Source: Tricharina praecox
Taxonomy: Eukaryota
NCBI RefSeq assembly: GCF_024521635.1
Contig: NW_026250411.1
Coordinates: 1 to 64,000, forward strand
Direction: 5' to 3'
Length of the DNA: 64,000 nucleotides
The position numbers were made by a program, and so were the translations under genes. A model generated the notes under the pieces. The model was not told the origin of the DNA. It did no database searches and saw nothing but the letters and a program-made list of their open reading frames with translations. This document shows, piece by piece, positions 13,554 to 26,261 of the stretch. The first letter of the stretch is position 1, and every line of letters starts with the position of its first letter.

Positions 13554-13771
13554 CCGTATCTACTCGTTCATACGATACAACCGCTAAGCATTCTGAATGA
13601 GCTTCCCGAGTGGAAAAGGGTGGCACGAGCGCGGCGACAGAGGGCTGTATGGTGCTTTGTACAAGAGATCCCGCTCAAATGACGACGAAAGTGGTTAATA
13701 GACTTCCATTGCCACTCGGCAAGCTCATTCAGAATGTTGAGCGGTTGTGTCTTATGAACGAGTAGATACGG
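13554..13771. mobile_element. MITE, Tc1/mariner-pogo (Tc2-like ends), 218 bp with TA target duplication
   Basis: TA|CCGTATCTACTCGTTCATA...TATGAACGAGTAGATACGG|TA, with imperfect TIRs of about 60 bp and no ORF. Confidence 0.88.
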
Positions 13772-14600
13772 TACTCTACGTAACAGGCCATCTCGAGAAT
13801 GAATGGACAGGGTGCTCTAGGTAGAGTACATACCGTAATACTACTGAGTCTACTCTGATACCACTCTACGGCAGGTCAAAGCCCCTCTAGCGAATCCACT
13901 CGGGAGTCGGAAGAAGTAGAGTATAGGAATGCTGGTGAGCTCACTCGTTCGGTGCGATCCCTCGAACTTGAATCGCCCGCCGGCCACCTGGTTCACCGGC
14001 GCCCGCAACCGTCACCTTGAAGGATGGAGTCTGAAGGATGCCTGCGAGTCTGCGAGTCTGCGACCCGCGCCGCATAGGTAGAGTAGCAGGGCCCCCTCCA
14101 CTCCCACCATCTTTACTCTGCGACAGTGCACACCCGAGCGAATGCCCATCTCATTCTCACCTCACATCACCTCACCTCATCTGTCGCATCGCATCGCATC
14201 CCAAGCTTAGCTCAGCTCAGCTCAGCTCTGCTATGAAGTATGTAAGGAATTCCGCAGCGCTGTGGTGAAGATATGTATATATGCATAGTGCATACCTGCC
14301 TGCTGAGCCACTCTGATCCGGAGGTGGTGGATACCATACCTAAGTTGAATCTTGATGCCGACTCCCGAGTACCTACACCGGCGGTGGCTGGCGGACTGGC
14401 CAGCAGGACACGTTGCCCAAGTTGTAAGTTCCAGCACTTCCGACGAGTCCCTCGGACCCCGTGCCCCAGGATGCCGACGAAATGCATAGGTACGGCGTGC
14501 ATAAATGGGCAACGTGTTGTACATGCCGTAAGGGGGTGGAAGTACACATCCCTCCCTTCCCCCGATTCTCTGCATGGTGAGCACGGTGAGCACAGTGGGG

Positions 14601-14739
14601 CTGCGGAATCTGCGGATTCTGCGGATTCTGCGAGTTCTGCGGATTCTGCGAGTTCTGCGGATTCTGCGAGTTCTGCGGATTCTGCGAGTTCTGCGGATTC
14701 TGCGAGTTCTGCGGATTCTGCGAGTTCTGCGGATTCTGC
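14601..14739. repeat. Minisatellite: 15 x 9-bp units organised as an 18-bp higher-order repeat
   Basis: Alternating CTGCGGATT / CTGCGAGTT. Confidence 0.95.
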
Positions 14740-15622
14740 ATAGCTGTGCGGACTCCGGTGTGATGCTTCATGGCAGGTCGGAGTGATGTTAGGAGTGATA
14801 TTGCATGTTGCAGACGACAACCCAACCCCAAGTACTCTCTATGTATACTGTATGACGTCATTCCTGCCCTGGCCTGGCTTTAGTGGCCTGGTCGGTCAAC
14901 GGTCAATGGTCATCGGTCAACGGCCATCGTCGGTCGCTGTGTCGCTGTGTGAAGGCGGTTGGACGGTTGACCTGCTTCACTATCGGTATCGTAGTGAGTG
15001 AGGGACCATGCTGTGTGCGGCATTATGCCGGCACTTCTCCTACATTACAGAAGTACCTATGCCTACCGGTACCTACTCTATCCCTGGGCCGTTCGCACTT
15101 CGCAACCAGTCGGTAAAGGCTGCATTGCAACTGTAGTTCTTACGCATAGTTGTAAATCCCCCCCTCCTTCCCCGTGCCCACTCGGTAGGTAGGTACGGTA
15201 GGTACGGTATGATGCGAATGGCGAACGGCTATGCAGCATGCGTTTATCCCACGATGGTGCAACTATGAAGGTGTGTATGATCGGTATTAGGTAGCAACTC
15301 CTTCTTGCGAATCTGTGCCATACATAGACTGAGACATAGAGAAGCGCATGGAGCATGTACGGTATCTACCCTTTGATGCAACGACACTCCACACCAGTGC
15401 GTTTCGCACACACGGAATAGATCTATCACTTGATGAGACCTGTCCCGAGGAAAGGCAAATGTTTGAGGTCGATGAAGGGGGTTCTCTGGGCCGTCAGCGC
15501 TTGCACCGGCGGCCGTACATATCATACGAAGGAAAACGCAAGGCATTATGTATGTATTATGGGAACGTGGTTTCTATTCATGTACATGACCAACATCCAA
15601 TTCGTAACGGTAACCCGATTCC

Positions 15623-16593
15623 CTACCATCCTCCCAGAGCTATCTGACCATCCGCCACCGCGACGGCCAGCTTCTCGCCCATCCAGTGGGGTCTAGCCTG
15701 CCTGAGCGGCCCCTCAAACTCCACGATCTCATTCCCGCCGACCCAGAAGGTGCAGCCATTCACGGGCGATCCGATCTTCTGGTCGCCGCTCACGCCGCCC
15801 TCGCGCCACTCCTTCCCGACCGCAGCGAACAGCATCGCCTTAGCCACACCCTCCGCGGTATTCGCCGGGCGCGCCCCCCACTTCGGGCCGAGCCTCGCCG
15901 CCATCGGCGTCATCGTGAACCACGGCGCGATGAGGTTGACGGTGATATCGCCCCACTCGCCGACCGTCGGGCGCAATCCGCGCATCAGGCCGAGCACACC
16001 ATGCTTGGCAGCGCAGTAGTTCAGGAACGGCGGGGTATCGAGCATCGACGCGGCAGAGCCGGTGTAGACGATGCGGCCGTAGCCGCGCTTCCGGAACTCG
16101 TGGACGGCGAGCTTTGTGATCATCAGTCCCGCGGTGAGGTTGACGGCGAGGTCGGGAAAGGTTGGGGGCAGCAGCGCGCCGCTCTCTTCGTCGTACGTGC
16201 TCTCGAGAAGCTGTTCGCGGCCTGTCACCCCCGCGTTCGAGTACACGATGTCGATCGGCCCGTGTGCGGCGGCCGCCGCGAACAGCGCCACGAGGGAATC
16301 CCAGCTCGTCACGTCGCAGTGCACGTACACGACGCGCTCGGGAAAAGACGCGGCGAGCGCGCTGCCCGCCGCGTCGTTGACGTCGCCGATCGTTACGGTC
16401 GCGCCGTTTTCTGTGTGTGCGGGGTTACGTCAGTGTGGGTGTTTCTCCGCAGCAGGGGGGTGCGGATGTTCCCGTGCGTACCGTGAAGGAGTCGGACGGT
16501 TGCCTCGCCGATACCCGTGCTGCCGCCGGTTATTATGACGTTTTTGCCCGCGACGGCGGAAAAAATCGTGTCGTCTACGGGGATGGAGGACAT
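15623..16593 (-). CDS. Short-chain dehydrogenase/reductase (299 aa), 1 intron
   Basis: join(16482..16593,15623..16410); intron 16411-16481 GTACGC..CTGAC..CAG. Motifs TGGSTGIG, NAG and YCAAKHG. Confidence 0.93.
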
Positions 16594-16729
16594 TTTCGTG
16601 CGGTTTCTGGCTGTCTGGAGAGAGGTGCGATGCGGAGGATTTCAATCGAACATCGTGGCGTCTTTCCCGCCCTTTTCTACGAGCGAGAAAGCGCGTAGTA
16701 GTCTCCACCTAGTAATCGGTTGAGCTTCG

Positions 16730-16915
16730 GCATTGCAATGTGGGCCCTGAAAGCGGGGCGCTGGCGGGGAATGTGGGGTAGCGCCTCACGATAAGGATGT
16801 GGGGACGGGTCGGAAGCGAGCCTGCCGGGGACAGCGACGAAAAGAGGTCCTGAGGCCCTGATCTGCGAAAAACAAACTCAACACCTACAGGAAAAGCACC
16901 ACCAGCCCCACCCTC
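16730..16915. promoter_or_regulatory. Divergent promoter rich in GYGGGG sites (C2H2 Adr1/CreA-type)
   Basis: GCGGGG 16753 and 16764, ATGTGGGGTAGC 16771-16782, GGATGTGGGGACG 16795-16807, CCCCAC near 16906. Confidence 0.5.
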
Positions 16916-16943
16916 CCCTCAATTCGCCGACATCAACAACGAT

Positions 16944-18502
16944 ATGACGGACAAAACTACCATCGAGCACCCTACACTCGGTGCCATCACCGGCCTCAGA
17001 ACCGGCGGTGTCGCCTCGTTCCGCGGAATCAGATATGGAACTCTATCCTCCCGCTTCGCCGCTAGCGAGATCAACAACACCGCACCACCCGACGGCGACG
17101 CGACAACATACGGTCCCGAGCCGCTGCAGAACCCCGCTGCCTGTGGTATCGAGTGGTTTCTCATTGGCGCACGATGCGCGCCGGAGCCCGGTTTCCAGCA
17201 GAAGTGGAGCGGCACCGAGTGTCTCAACCTGAACATCACCGCTCCCGTAACTCTGCCAGCAGAAAAGCTGCCGGTCCTGGTGTTCATCCATGGTTCGTGA
17301 CACGTCCCCCTCGATGCTGTGAACCTTCTGACCGTTTCCTAGGTGGCGCAAACATGCACGGCGCCGCTTCGTGGCCGCAATACAACCCCAGTCCGCTTGT
17401 CGCGACCTCCGTCGCCTCCTCCACGCCGATCATCGTGGTCAGCATCAACTACCGTACAAACGTCTTCGGCTTCCTTCACATTCCCGGGCAGGCCACAAAT
17501 CGGGGACTGAACGACCAGCTCACGGCCCTCGCGTGGATCCGCGCCAACATCGGAGGCTTCGGCGGAGACCCGGAGAACATCACGCTCATCGGCCAATCCG
17601 CCGGCTCCGCTGCCGTCGGCTTCCACATCGCCGCCGGTGTCTCCGGTGTGAAGCGCGCGATAATGATGAGCGGCGACCCCGGGCTCATGGCCGCGCTCCC
17701 GGAGGACGTGCACGCCGCCACCTACAAGAGCGTGTGCGAAGCGCTGTCCATTCCGTTCAACGACCTTGTCGAGTCCCTGGAGTCCGCGCCACAGAAGGCG
17801 TTCTACGAGATGCTCCCGGCAGACATAATGTACCGGCCGATCTCGCCGCTGCCCAGCGGCTCGGGCGACAAGATTGCCGCGCTGATGGTGGGCGACACTG
17901 CGCACGACGGTGGCATCCTCGTGCCCCTCTCCCTCGGCCCCGCCAGGGAGGGCCTCGCGGAAACACTCTGCGAGTACTTCTCGATCCTCCCCGAGTCGTT
18001 CAGCCAGCTGTACAGACTGCAGCCCACGCTCTCGCCGCTTGAGGCGCGCTCCAGATTACTCGATATCCTGACCGACTGGGCGTTCTCCGTTTCGGCGGTG
18101 GCCGCCGCAAAGGACGGAGACGTCCCAACGTACCTCTACCACTTCAACCAGGAGAATCCGTGGCCGGCTTCGCAGTTTAACCCCTGGGCTGGCCAGGCGA
18201 ACCATATCCTCGACCTTGCGTATCTGATGGGTAACTATCCGCAGCTCGAGGAGGGCAAAGTCGGCGAGGAGATGAGAAAGGCGGTGGTGACGTTTGTGAC
18301 GGGTGGGGAGCCGTGGGAGAAGTATGCCGAGAACAAACAGGTGGCCGTTTTTGAAGATAAGGACGGGAAAGGGAAGAGCGTTACCGCCAGTGGCGAGAAG
18401 GACGGAAGGGAGAGGGCTGCGGGCTGGTGGAGGGTGGTAGAGGAGGCGGGAGGGTTGAATAAGGTTCGGGGGGTCGTCATGGGTGTGTTGGGGAAGTTGT
18501 AG
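16944..18502 (+). CDS. Type-B carboxylesterase (502 aa), no signal peptide, 1 intron
   Basis: join(16944..17292,17343..18502). Motifs ECLNLNI, FIHGG, NYRTNVFGF, FGGDPENITLIGQSAG and catalytic His region NHILDL. Confidence 0.93.
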
Positions 18503-19079
18503 GCGCTGGTTTAGTCGTCGTCGTTCATGCTGCTTAGTCATGGGTCAGAGGTATAAAAACAAACTTTTGATATCGGTTTCATTGCATCGCATTCGACCGT
18601 GGGCGATCACTGCGCGCTACAAGTATGATTCTTAGCTCCGCCCAGTTGTATATGGGTCACTCCACTGATGTTGGTGATGAGAGTAATTGCAGAGGAGTAT
18701 CGCGCTTCTATGATACACATTGCACTCTTGTTCCCTCAGCCCTGCTCTTTCATGCGTGGCGACTCACTCGCCTCTTTCTTCCCCAGCCCAACCCATCTCG
18801 TGAAATGTTGGAGATATACGATAGAATAGGTAGGTGGAGTATATTTCCAACAGGTTATAAGCTCGGCACAGCGAGAGTTATCCTCTGGCTCATCCTTTTT
18901 TCTCACAATCGCCCTTTCCTACAACCGACTCGACTGGAAACTCAAACTTTACCCCACACCCCACACTATTCGCCCCACATGCAGCAACCTGCAGCAACCT
19001 GCATCAACCTACCTACCACCAAATGGTCCCCACACAGCATAATGTTGTCTGCCACCACCATGAAAGGAGCAATGTATGT

Positions 19080-19595
19080 GGGATAGATAGAGGATCAGAT
19101 AAGATAGGAGGAGGGGCTAGTCGGATCAGTGGATCCATCATCATGGCAATATCCGCCCTGGGCATACGTACACACCCCCGTCGTTTCCACGCGACTGTCC
19201 AACTCGACTTTCATCGAGTGGCCGGATGTGGCTTTCTCTGCCCTCCGTTCTGGCCTTCCCTGACAGTATTTGAGTGCACCAAAGAAACAACACTAGGAAG
19301 AGACACAGTCCGCTCCCTGGGCTCGTCCCTACCCCACCGCAAGTCCCTAATCCGCCTCGCCGTCTCCCTCAGAGTCCTTCTCCTCCAGTCGCCGCAGCTC
19401 CTCCCTCTCTTCCCGCTCCCTCAGCTCCCACTCAGACAGCTCGCTTGCTGCATCTTCCTCATCAGCCTCTGGGATCTGCCTGCCCATAGTAATGGAGGAA
19501 AAGAAGTCGAGGATGACCTCGCTGCACGGCCCGTCAGCGAAGAGGTCCCCGATCTTGAATCGGTCCTTGCCCCTCCTCGTCTCCTTCCGGGCGCC
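19080..19595 (-). mobile_element. 5'-truncated LINE (non-LTR retrotransposon) relic: ORF2 C-terminus plus 3' UTR
   Basis: ATG-less frame ARKETRRGKDRFKIGDLFADGPCSEVILDFFSS...SEWELREREE (stop 19347-19349) resembles the C-terminus of fungal LINE ORF2 as I recall it. It ends in a TATC-like simple tail near 19080-19105. Confidence 0.55.
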
Positions 19596-21062
19596 TTATC
19601 ATCTGAAGTATCTCCAACATGAAACCGGATTCGAGACGAGTGATACTGCATGCGATTACCATCACTACTGAGGGAATCTTGCGATATTCACACCTGTCGG
19701 CCCGCAATAGCCAGGGAGTGAATATCCGAGCCCGGCCTAACCACTACTATACAGTCTCCAGTGAGATGCGAAGTTTTTCTTTTGGTGGAGTTCTCAATCA
19801 TTATTTTATATTCGACCCAGCCAAATCTCGCCAGTTTTAGGTTGACGATATTTATCCGTTTCCGCTTCTCGGGAGTCGGTTCTCAGCTGTCCCTTTGCTT
19901 CCTTCAGCTCTCGAACACACTCCCACCGTCCCACGGGATTGTTTGGCGGTGAGGATGCAAGGGCTTAGGGGGTGATCACTTCTCACGTGGCGACACCGCC
20001 GCCACCGCGAGTGATACCCGATGCATCACTGTGGCACAACTTCGCGTCGCCGAGTGGTGGGTACTAAGCGTTTGGCACGCCGGCTCAACGGCAGCTAGAT
20101 GGCGCATCCGCGTTGCATTCTGGGAAGAATGTCTACGCACCACGCACCGCTGTGCTTGCTCGGGGGAATGGATACCGTCGCCAAGCAACTTGGCAGCAGT
20201 TATTCACTTCGATGCTGAAGATTCAAGCACTGATTGCGTCTCGGTTGGGGAGGTGCGGGGAGAGCGGGATCGAAGAGTGATCTGGAGGCCACATACATAC
20301 GAGCGCGTGGGAAAGATGGCCCATGGGTGACACATACGGGCGAAGCTTAAATCTAAAACCCACGGGCCTGGGTAATGTGGTTCGAAGCGACTGGACTACA
20401 TACAAGCCTGCACCCTATGCCCTACAATCGCATCCCGGTGCGTTACATCCCATTCGACTCCTCCAAGAAAGTGTGCGTTTCCATGATTCCGCATACAACC
20501 CGAAATCGAGAAGATGCCAGTGCAACGGCCCCGCTTTTGGGCAGCGCGAGCTCGGCTGGCATGAGTCACATGACTAACCGCGGTTCACGGCCGCTTCCGC
20601 TGTCGCTGAAAGCCCAAGTTCTCGGTTAGTTAGTGCTCACGGCCGACGAGCCGGACGGGAGCTACCAGTGCGCCCCTTCGCTACGATCGTGCCTATCTAT
20701 GCCGGATATCCGCAAAGCTAAGCTTTGCTTGCTGTAACTAAGGCCGGCAGTCTCCCCGGAGAGCCTTTATTGAGGCCCGTAATGTGGGAGGTTCCAGATT
20801 TGCGAGGGAGCTGGCTGTAGTTATATCGCCCCAAGCCGTCGGCTGCAAGGAACATGCGGATAAACGTTATATTAACCCAAGGACTTGCCCCGGCGCGGGT
20901 ATCCACTTCCTACCCTACAAATCCTATACATACAGGTACGGTTATCTAAACGGGGATATTAAGTCGGTGCTCATATGACCCGAGGGTGTGTATATAGACC
21001 GCGCCATCCGATGATGATGGAAAAAACTCCCAGTAGTAGTGCCCTCCAATAATCACCGCGCA

Positions 21063-22367
21063 ATGATGCTGTCCCGATCATTTACCGCCCTCAGCCTCCT
21101 ATGGCTGCAGCTGCAGTCCGCAACAGCCGCGACTCCCTACTCGCAACTGATGCTCGACTCCGTGATCGCGCGGTCGACTCCGCTGGGCCTCAACGCCGCC
21201 GGGAAGGTGACGACGACGTACGAACACGGCGTGATCGAGCGCGCGCTGCAGATGGTGTACAACGTCACCGGCGACAGCAAGTACTACAACTACCAGAAGA
21301 AGGGCGTCGACAATATCATCGACTCGAATGGGAAGCTGCTGGATTACGATCTGACAGTCTATACGCTCGACGATATGAGGCTGGGCCAGGAGTTCCTCCA
21401 CCTGTATAGGATGACGGGTCAGGCGAAGTACAAGAACGCCGCCGACACCCTGCGGAAACAGATCAATGTCCAGCCGAGGAATTCCGAGGGTGGGTATTGG
21501 CACAGGAACGTATACCCCAACCAGATGTGGCTCGATGGTTCGTCTCCAGTCCTCCCGTACTCCCCCCCCCCCCGCATTCCCGGCCTGACGAGCCCGATCT
21601 CCAGGCCAATACATGCTCAATCCCTTCTACGCCGAGTACACTTCCATCTTCCAGCCCACAAACACGACAGCATGGAACGACATCCTCCTTCAATACCAGC
21701 TGATCCACGCACACACGCTCAACACGACCTCGGGGCTCCTCGCACACGGCTACGACGGCGGCAAGACCGCCTCCTGGGCGGACCCCGTGACCGGCGCCGC
21801 GCCTCACGTGTGGATCCGCGCGCTCGGCTGGTACACCATGTCGCTGCTCGACGTGCTGGACTACTTCCCGCCGAGCCACGCGGGGTTCGCCGAGCTGAAG
21901 GGGTACTTCACGTCGTGCATGGAGGCGGTGCGCGCCGCGGCGGATCCGGCGACCGGTGGCTGGTGGCTGGTCATGGACCAGCCCGGCAGGGACAAGAATT
22001 ACATCGAAAGCTCGGGCACGGCCATGTTTGTCTACTCGTTCCTGAAGGGCCTGAGGGTCGGATATCTTACCGGCGCGTCTGGGAAGGATCTGGCGGCTGC
22101 GGAGAAGGCATACCAATACATGGTCAAGCAGTTTGTTAAGGTCGCGGCGAATGGAACCGCGGACTGGCTCGGGACGGTGGAGGTCGGGAGTTTGGGCGGG
22201 AAGGCGGATTACGATGTGAGTTTCTCCCCTCCGATGACGAGAACTCTGGGTAAGGCGGAGTGACTAACAGTAATGGATAGTATTACGTCAATGTGGCGTT
22301 GAGGACGAATGATCTGAAAGGTATCGGGCCATTTGTGTATGCCAGTGTCGAGTACGAACGTCTATAG
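21063..22367 (+). CDS. Secreted GH105 unsaturated (rhamno)galacturonyl hydrolase (390 aa), 2 introns
   Basis: join(21063..21537,21605..22215,22281..22367). Signal peptide, TLDDMRLG, EGGYWH..YPNQMWLDGQYM, WIRALGW, NYIESSGTAMF, NDLKGIGPF. Confidence 0.93.
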
Positions 22368-25300
22368 GCGTACGGTAGTTAGCGAGTCGCCTCTTCACTC
22401 GGTGATTGTCCGGATACATAGCAATAGATGTAAAAACCAAATCATAAACAAGCGCTTGAACATATTCTCTAGAGTAACTCCACCATCCGTGTCCGCCAGT
22501 GTCCGAATCTTTTCTCCCCTTGGTGATAGTCTCGAATCCTGATGAAGAGATGCTCCAACATTCCGCCACAACTCTCACAAAACCCGACCACCTGCTGGAG
22601 AAACGTCTTTGTAACTTGATTTCAACCAAAAGGTTCGATCAGCAAGCTTGTCGCTTGCGAGAGTTAGAATCAACGTAAAGGGATGCAGTATCTACACGAG
22701 GCGGCGACATCGGTTGCATATAAAGGCTTTATGCCCTTTTCCCCCATTCATATTGCATTCGTAACACAAGTTCCCATCTTCACCGACCTGCTCGTTTTCT
22801 CACCCGGGACGTTTTTAGAAGGTGACAGGTCACGGGAAATCTTTGGGATGCTAGAGGCTGGAGATTCCCTATTTGCCTGCTTGACAGCAAACCGCCTTCT
22901 TCTTCTCTGGGGACGAAGAATATATCCCGCATCCGTGCTTCTGTCGGAGTTAGCATACAGGCACCAAGTATGATAATATAGTCGGACAGCATGTTAAGCC
23001 CGCTGATAGATCGTAATTCCGCTCGGCAACATCCGGCCCTCGCCTCTCAGTTTCCTCCATGGACGGCGATGCATGCCCGCTCGGATATCCACGCCGCAAA
23101 ATCCGCAAAGATGGCTGTCCACGCGTTGTTCTCTTGGCACCTCTTGGCACTTCGTCGTCGTCGCTCACACCTATATGAGAGATATTATAACTGGAGTCCG
23201 AGCTTTGTCCTAACGTTCTTCTGACAACGGTGTTCGGTAGTTGTGGCCCGGGCCCGCGTGAGGGGCGTGGCCAGGTTCGAGCCGGTATATGTCTATGTAG
23301 GACTAGGATGCAGCTACCTCAGAGCCTGTTCGATGTATATGTCACTATTAAGGAGACAGACGGAGCTTGCTCCGTCGGTCTTGAACGTTGAGATCACTTG
23401 TGAGGTCAGAGGGAACTGTGTAACATGCAACGTTTTCAAGTGATGCCGATGTAGGTACTTGGGAATAATAATCAAGTAATCTACGGGGACGAAAGAGAAC
23501 ATTGATAGACTTTACTCGATAGTCCATGGAACGGAGTCAGACGGATAATCTTCCCCCACGGCGGCAAAGCGAGGCGACGATTCAGCCAGCTATAGCCGAA
23601 TTCGCGAGTACAGTGCTAGTGTCCCCAGCTAGTATGTACATATCCGATTTGGCGCTTCGTCGGATCGGCGTTCACATTGGTACATTTGACTGCGGGAATA
23701 TTCATGTCTACAGTGGAAGGTGGATGGTGCTGTGCTGTGCTGTTGTGGCGTAGATGTGGCTGAAGATAAGATTACCGGGGAGATGTAGTGTACTCTACCT
23801 AGTGTGGGGTTCGGGGGCTAGACACGATGCGGTCGACTCAACGTTGAAATGTTCGCTATTGCTTCTTTTCTGTTCGGCTTGTCGGTCGGTCTCTCGTTCA
23901 ACACAACAGAAATTATCCACCACCGCAGACATTATCACCAACACTGCAGAGTTACTTTGAGGTTGTTCAGTCTGGAGACCACAGACTGCTTTTCTTTCTT
24001 GTTCCTTTTTAGTCAATTGAATCAGTCTCATCGGTTGTCCGTACCCCTCGAGCCTCGAGGGTCTCTCACGATTTTCGTGAGCTTTCAGGGGAAGAAAAAT
24101 ATGCTCGCCGCGCAGTTACAACTTACTCGGTTGCGCTCAGTTGCTCCGCATACACTGCCGTATAATGGCCGGCTCCACTGCCCTCACGGACGACCTCAAC
24201 AAATACTTCCCACCCCGGCGCCACACGTCCACCTCACGCCACATGGTACCCTCTCCAGCTCGGCATTTGAAACGCGGGATTCTCAAGAGACCGAACTTCA
24301 ATCTCTCACCGGCGTGTCCTCTACTCTCCCCCGTGTTCGAACCTTTAGGCTATTGGAGACCTCGGGGGTTGAGTGTGAGTGTGAGTGTGAACTCTCTCGC
24401 ATGCGGGCCCGAGCGTTGAGCGCTGGCATCGGCGTACGCAAGCTGACTTTCTTGGCCGACAGGCACAGGGGAAGAAATATGCATATTCCATATATACTCA
24501 TACCTGGGTAGAGAAGCGAGATACGGACCACGGAAGTGTACCGTACCGACGCCGGAACCATTACCGCCCCCGCGAGAGGCCGAGCGGCGGCCATGGATTA
24601 GGGTCCCAGAGGCTTGCGATGCACTATCGACACAAGTCGTCACTGACGCGGCTCGAGCTCTACATTCGCCAAGTCAACCAAGATCTGGGATCAAATCGTA
24701 TGTACCGATGAATGGCCGGTGCCGGAAAAACATGTCTCCTCCTGGGTGGCCATGGTTCAGGGGACTTGCGGAACGGACATACGAGTCAAGCTCAAGCTCT
24801 ACGTTCCCTGGAAACTACCTAGGTATAGTACGCAATACCCCAGATCTCGATTCGCTGACCGGTCAACACGAACTCGAGCTCGCCGGAAAGTGGGTCGCCT
24901 CGTGGAACTGTGGGTAGTGAGTTCGGCGAAGAATCAGGTGACTCTGCCGATTTATTTTTTGCCTACATAGCAAGATCCTACGATACCGAAGGCCGAAGTT
25001 GGCTATCATACCTAGCCCATGCGATCTGATGCTCGTCTACGTACTTGCCTACATAGTTATTCGCGGGCGAAAGCACCGAATACATTGGGGCTGAACTACA
25101 CCGAGGAGTGCCGATCTTGAAGCCTGAAGATTCGTTTCTGACGATCTTTTCGACTGCTCGTCCCGGAGCCCCGTGTGGAAAAACGTAGGTGGAGTCTTCC
25201 CCGGACAATATATTGCACGAACACGAGCACATTAATATCTACGTTATAGGGTTGCTGACAGACAGGCAGGAACAACCCGAGGATAGATTGCTTTACCTAG

Positions 25301-26261
25301 TCTACCCGCCACCACCTCGCCCTCGTCTCCACACGCAGGCACACAGGCACCATATCATACATTTTCCGTCGTGTAGAGTAAGGATCGAGCCAAAACCAGC
25401 TTATATGCCGAGCCAGGAGTAGGAGCGGGGGCGAATCCCCATTCTGGCAATCTAGTCCGCTGTCAAAAGACGTGGAAAGAAAAACCACCATGGCATTTAA
25501 CCACCAGCGCGCGCGATGGATGCACCCCGGATTGACAGGGGTGTATACTCCGAACGCCCGCAACGTTTCAAGGACGTCAAAACCCCGAGAACCGAATGGC
25601 ACGTTGCGGCGGCTCACTTACCGAACTACAGTTACGGGCCGTTGGGAAAGAGGGCTACGTAAGTACGTATGCCTCCCCAATATACCTGCAGCGGCACTAG
25701 AGGGCTTAAATCGCTTGGCATCGTGAATTCTCCGCCAGGATGGGTTGCCCGCGCTTGGCGTCGTCAATTCTCCGCAAGGATGGCTACCCGATGGAGTTGT
25801 CAGAATGCTATATGTGGCGAGAACGCTGGATGTGAATGTCCTTGAATCCCAACACCCCACACGCCTGGAAAGTCCGACGTCCTCGCATAGTATCAAGGGG
25901 CGATGACGCTGATCCCATTATATGCAGTTGTCACCTGGATATTGGTTCTGCCAGAATTCGGAAAAACAGGCCGCCGAGGGGTGCGGACTCAATCAATCAA
26001 TCTTTTTCCATTCCGTGGCCATGGTGTGAGTTGGCGTAAAGGCGAAACACAGCTTCTATATAAACCACAGACATCTCCTCCAGGTTCAAAATCCTCATCC
26101 ACCAGCTTCATCTTCAGCAAGCCAGTTCATCCACTCAAGCCAGCCTTCCTTCATTTTCACAGCTCCAGCAGCTTCGGACAAAAAGCCAGCCTTTTTCATT
26201 CTTTTACCAACAACAAAGCTCAAACTTTTACCTCCAACTTCCGACTCAATCAATTGCAAGA

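Noticed and set aside
14601..14739. CRISPR-like array
   Set aside because: Contiguous repeats with no unique spacers, in a eukaryotic context.
21043..21050. GaaR-type CCNCCAA element before GH105
   Set aside because: Only about 14 nt from the ATG and downstream of the TATA-like box; a short motif with no equivalent seen before PL3.
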